This document shows positions 32,815-33,067 of a stretch of 33,067 nt of DNA, piece by piece. A program made the position numbers and the translations under genes. This DNA comes from Octopus bimaculoides (taxonomy: Eukaryota): contig NC_068995.1 of assembly GCF_001194135.2 (NCBI RefSeq), forward strand, positions 46,452,642 to 46,485,708. The letters are read 5' to 3'. Below the pieces are notes generated by a model, which saw nothing but the letters and a program-made list of their open reading frames with translations, was not told where the DNA came from and searched no databases. Within the stretch, counting starts at the first letter, position 1. The number at the start of each line of letters is the position of its first letter.

Positions 32815-33067
32815 ATAACCACTACCACCAACATCACCATCATTGCGATCGTTATCAATTATCATCATCATCATCATCGTCATCATCAACAACAGCAATT
32901 TGAATTATCATTTCCCCTCCTGCAGTCACTATCGCCGTCATCATCGTATGTACCGCAAGGCTACCATCATTGCCACTATGAGAAATACAGCGACAAGGAC
33001 AACGACGAAGCCGTCTACCACCACCAACAACAGCAGCACCACCACCACCGCCACCGCCACCGCCACC
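32815..33067. repeat. (CAT)/(CAC)/(CAA) trinucleotide-rich tract to window end
   Basis: Directly visible. Confidence 0.85.

Noticed and set aside
377-33067. Most ORFs in the supplied track (poly-H, -I, -M, -K, -R, -Q, YI/CV/HT repeats, X-runs)
   Set aside because: They are translations of microsatellites, low-complexity tracts or N-gaps, with no domain motifs.
1-33067. CRISPR array or prokaryotic operon
   Set aside because: No regularly spaced identical repeats with unique spacers and no dense coding; the sequence is eukaryotic repeat-rich DNA.

Overview
This window is eukaryotic, AT-rich, repeat-dense non-coding DNA (intronic or intergenic) from a draft assembly. It has 13 N-gaps totalling about 3.0 kb, almost all flanked by microsatellites. 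The microsatellite density and SINE families resemble those of octopus (coleoid cephalopod) genomes; this taxon call is my recognition, not a database result. No host protein-coding gene, rRNA, functional tRNA or CRISPR array can be supported, and nearly all ORF-track entries are translations of microsatellites or gaps. The window does contain: (1) about 15 copies or fragments of one tRNA-like SINE family (SINE-A here) with three alternative 3' tails that diverge at a conserved GTCGAT-NTA-ATCGAC hairpin; (2) four other tRNA-headed SINE families (B-E), including one full-length copy with a 12-bp target-site duplication; (3) dead remnants of an RLE-type non-LTR retrotransposon, an L1/Tx1-like LINE and possibly an APE-type LINE; (4) a roughly 355-nt near-perfect foldback made of two head-to-head SINE-D copies; (5) several minimal type-I hammerhead-ribozyme-like motifs of the Penelope/retrozyme kind, one in the tail of a tRNA-headed SINE; (6) two degenerate minisatellites and a few unverified candidate exons. 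The hammerhead-bearing SINE and the foldback are the best leads. I see no strong evidence for a new protein-based system.
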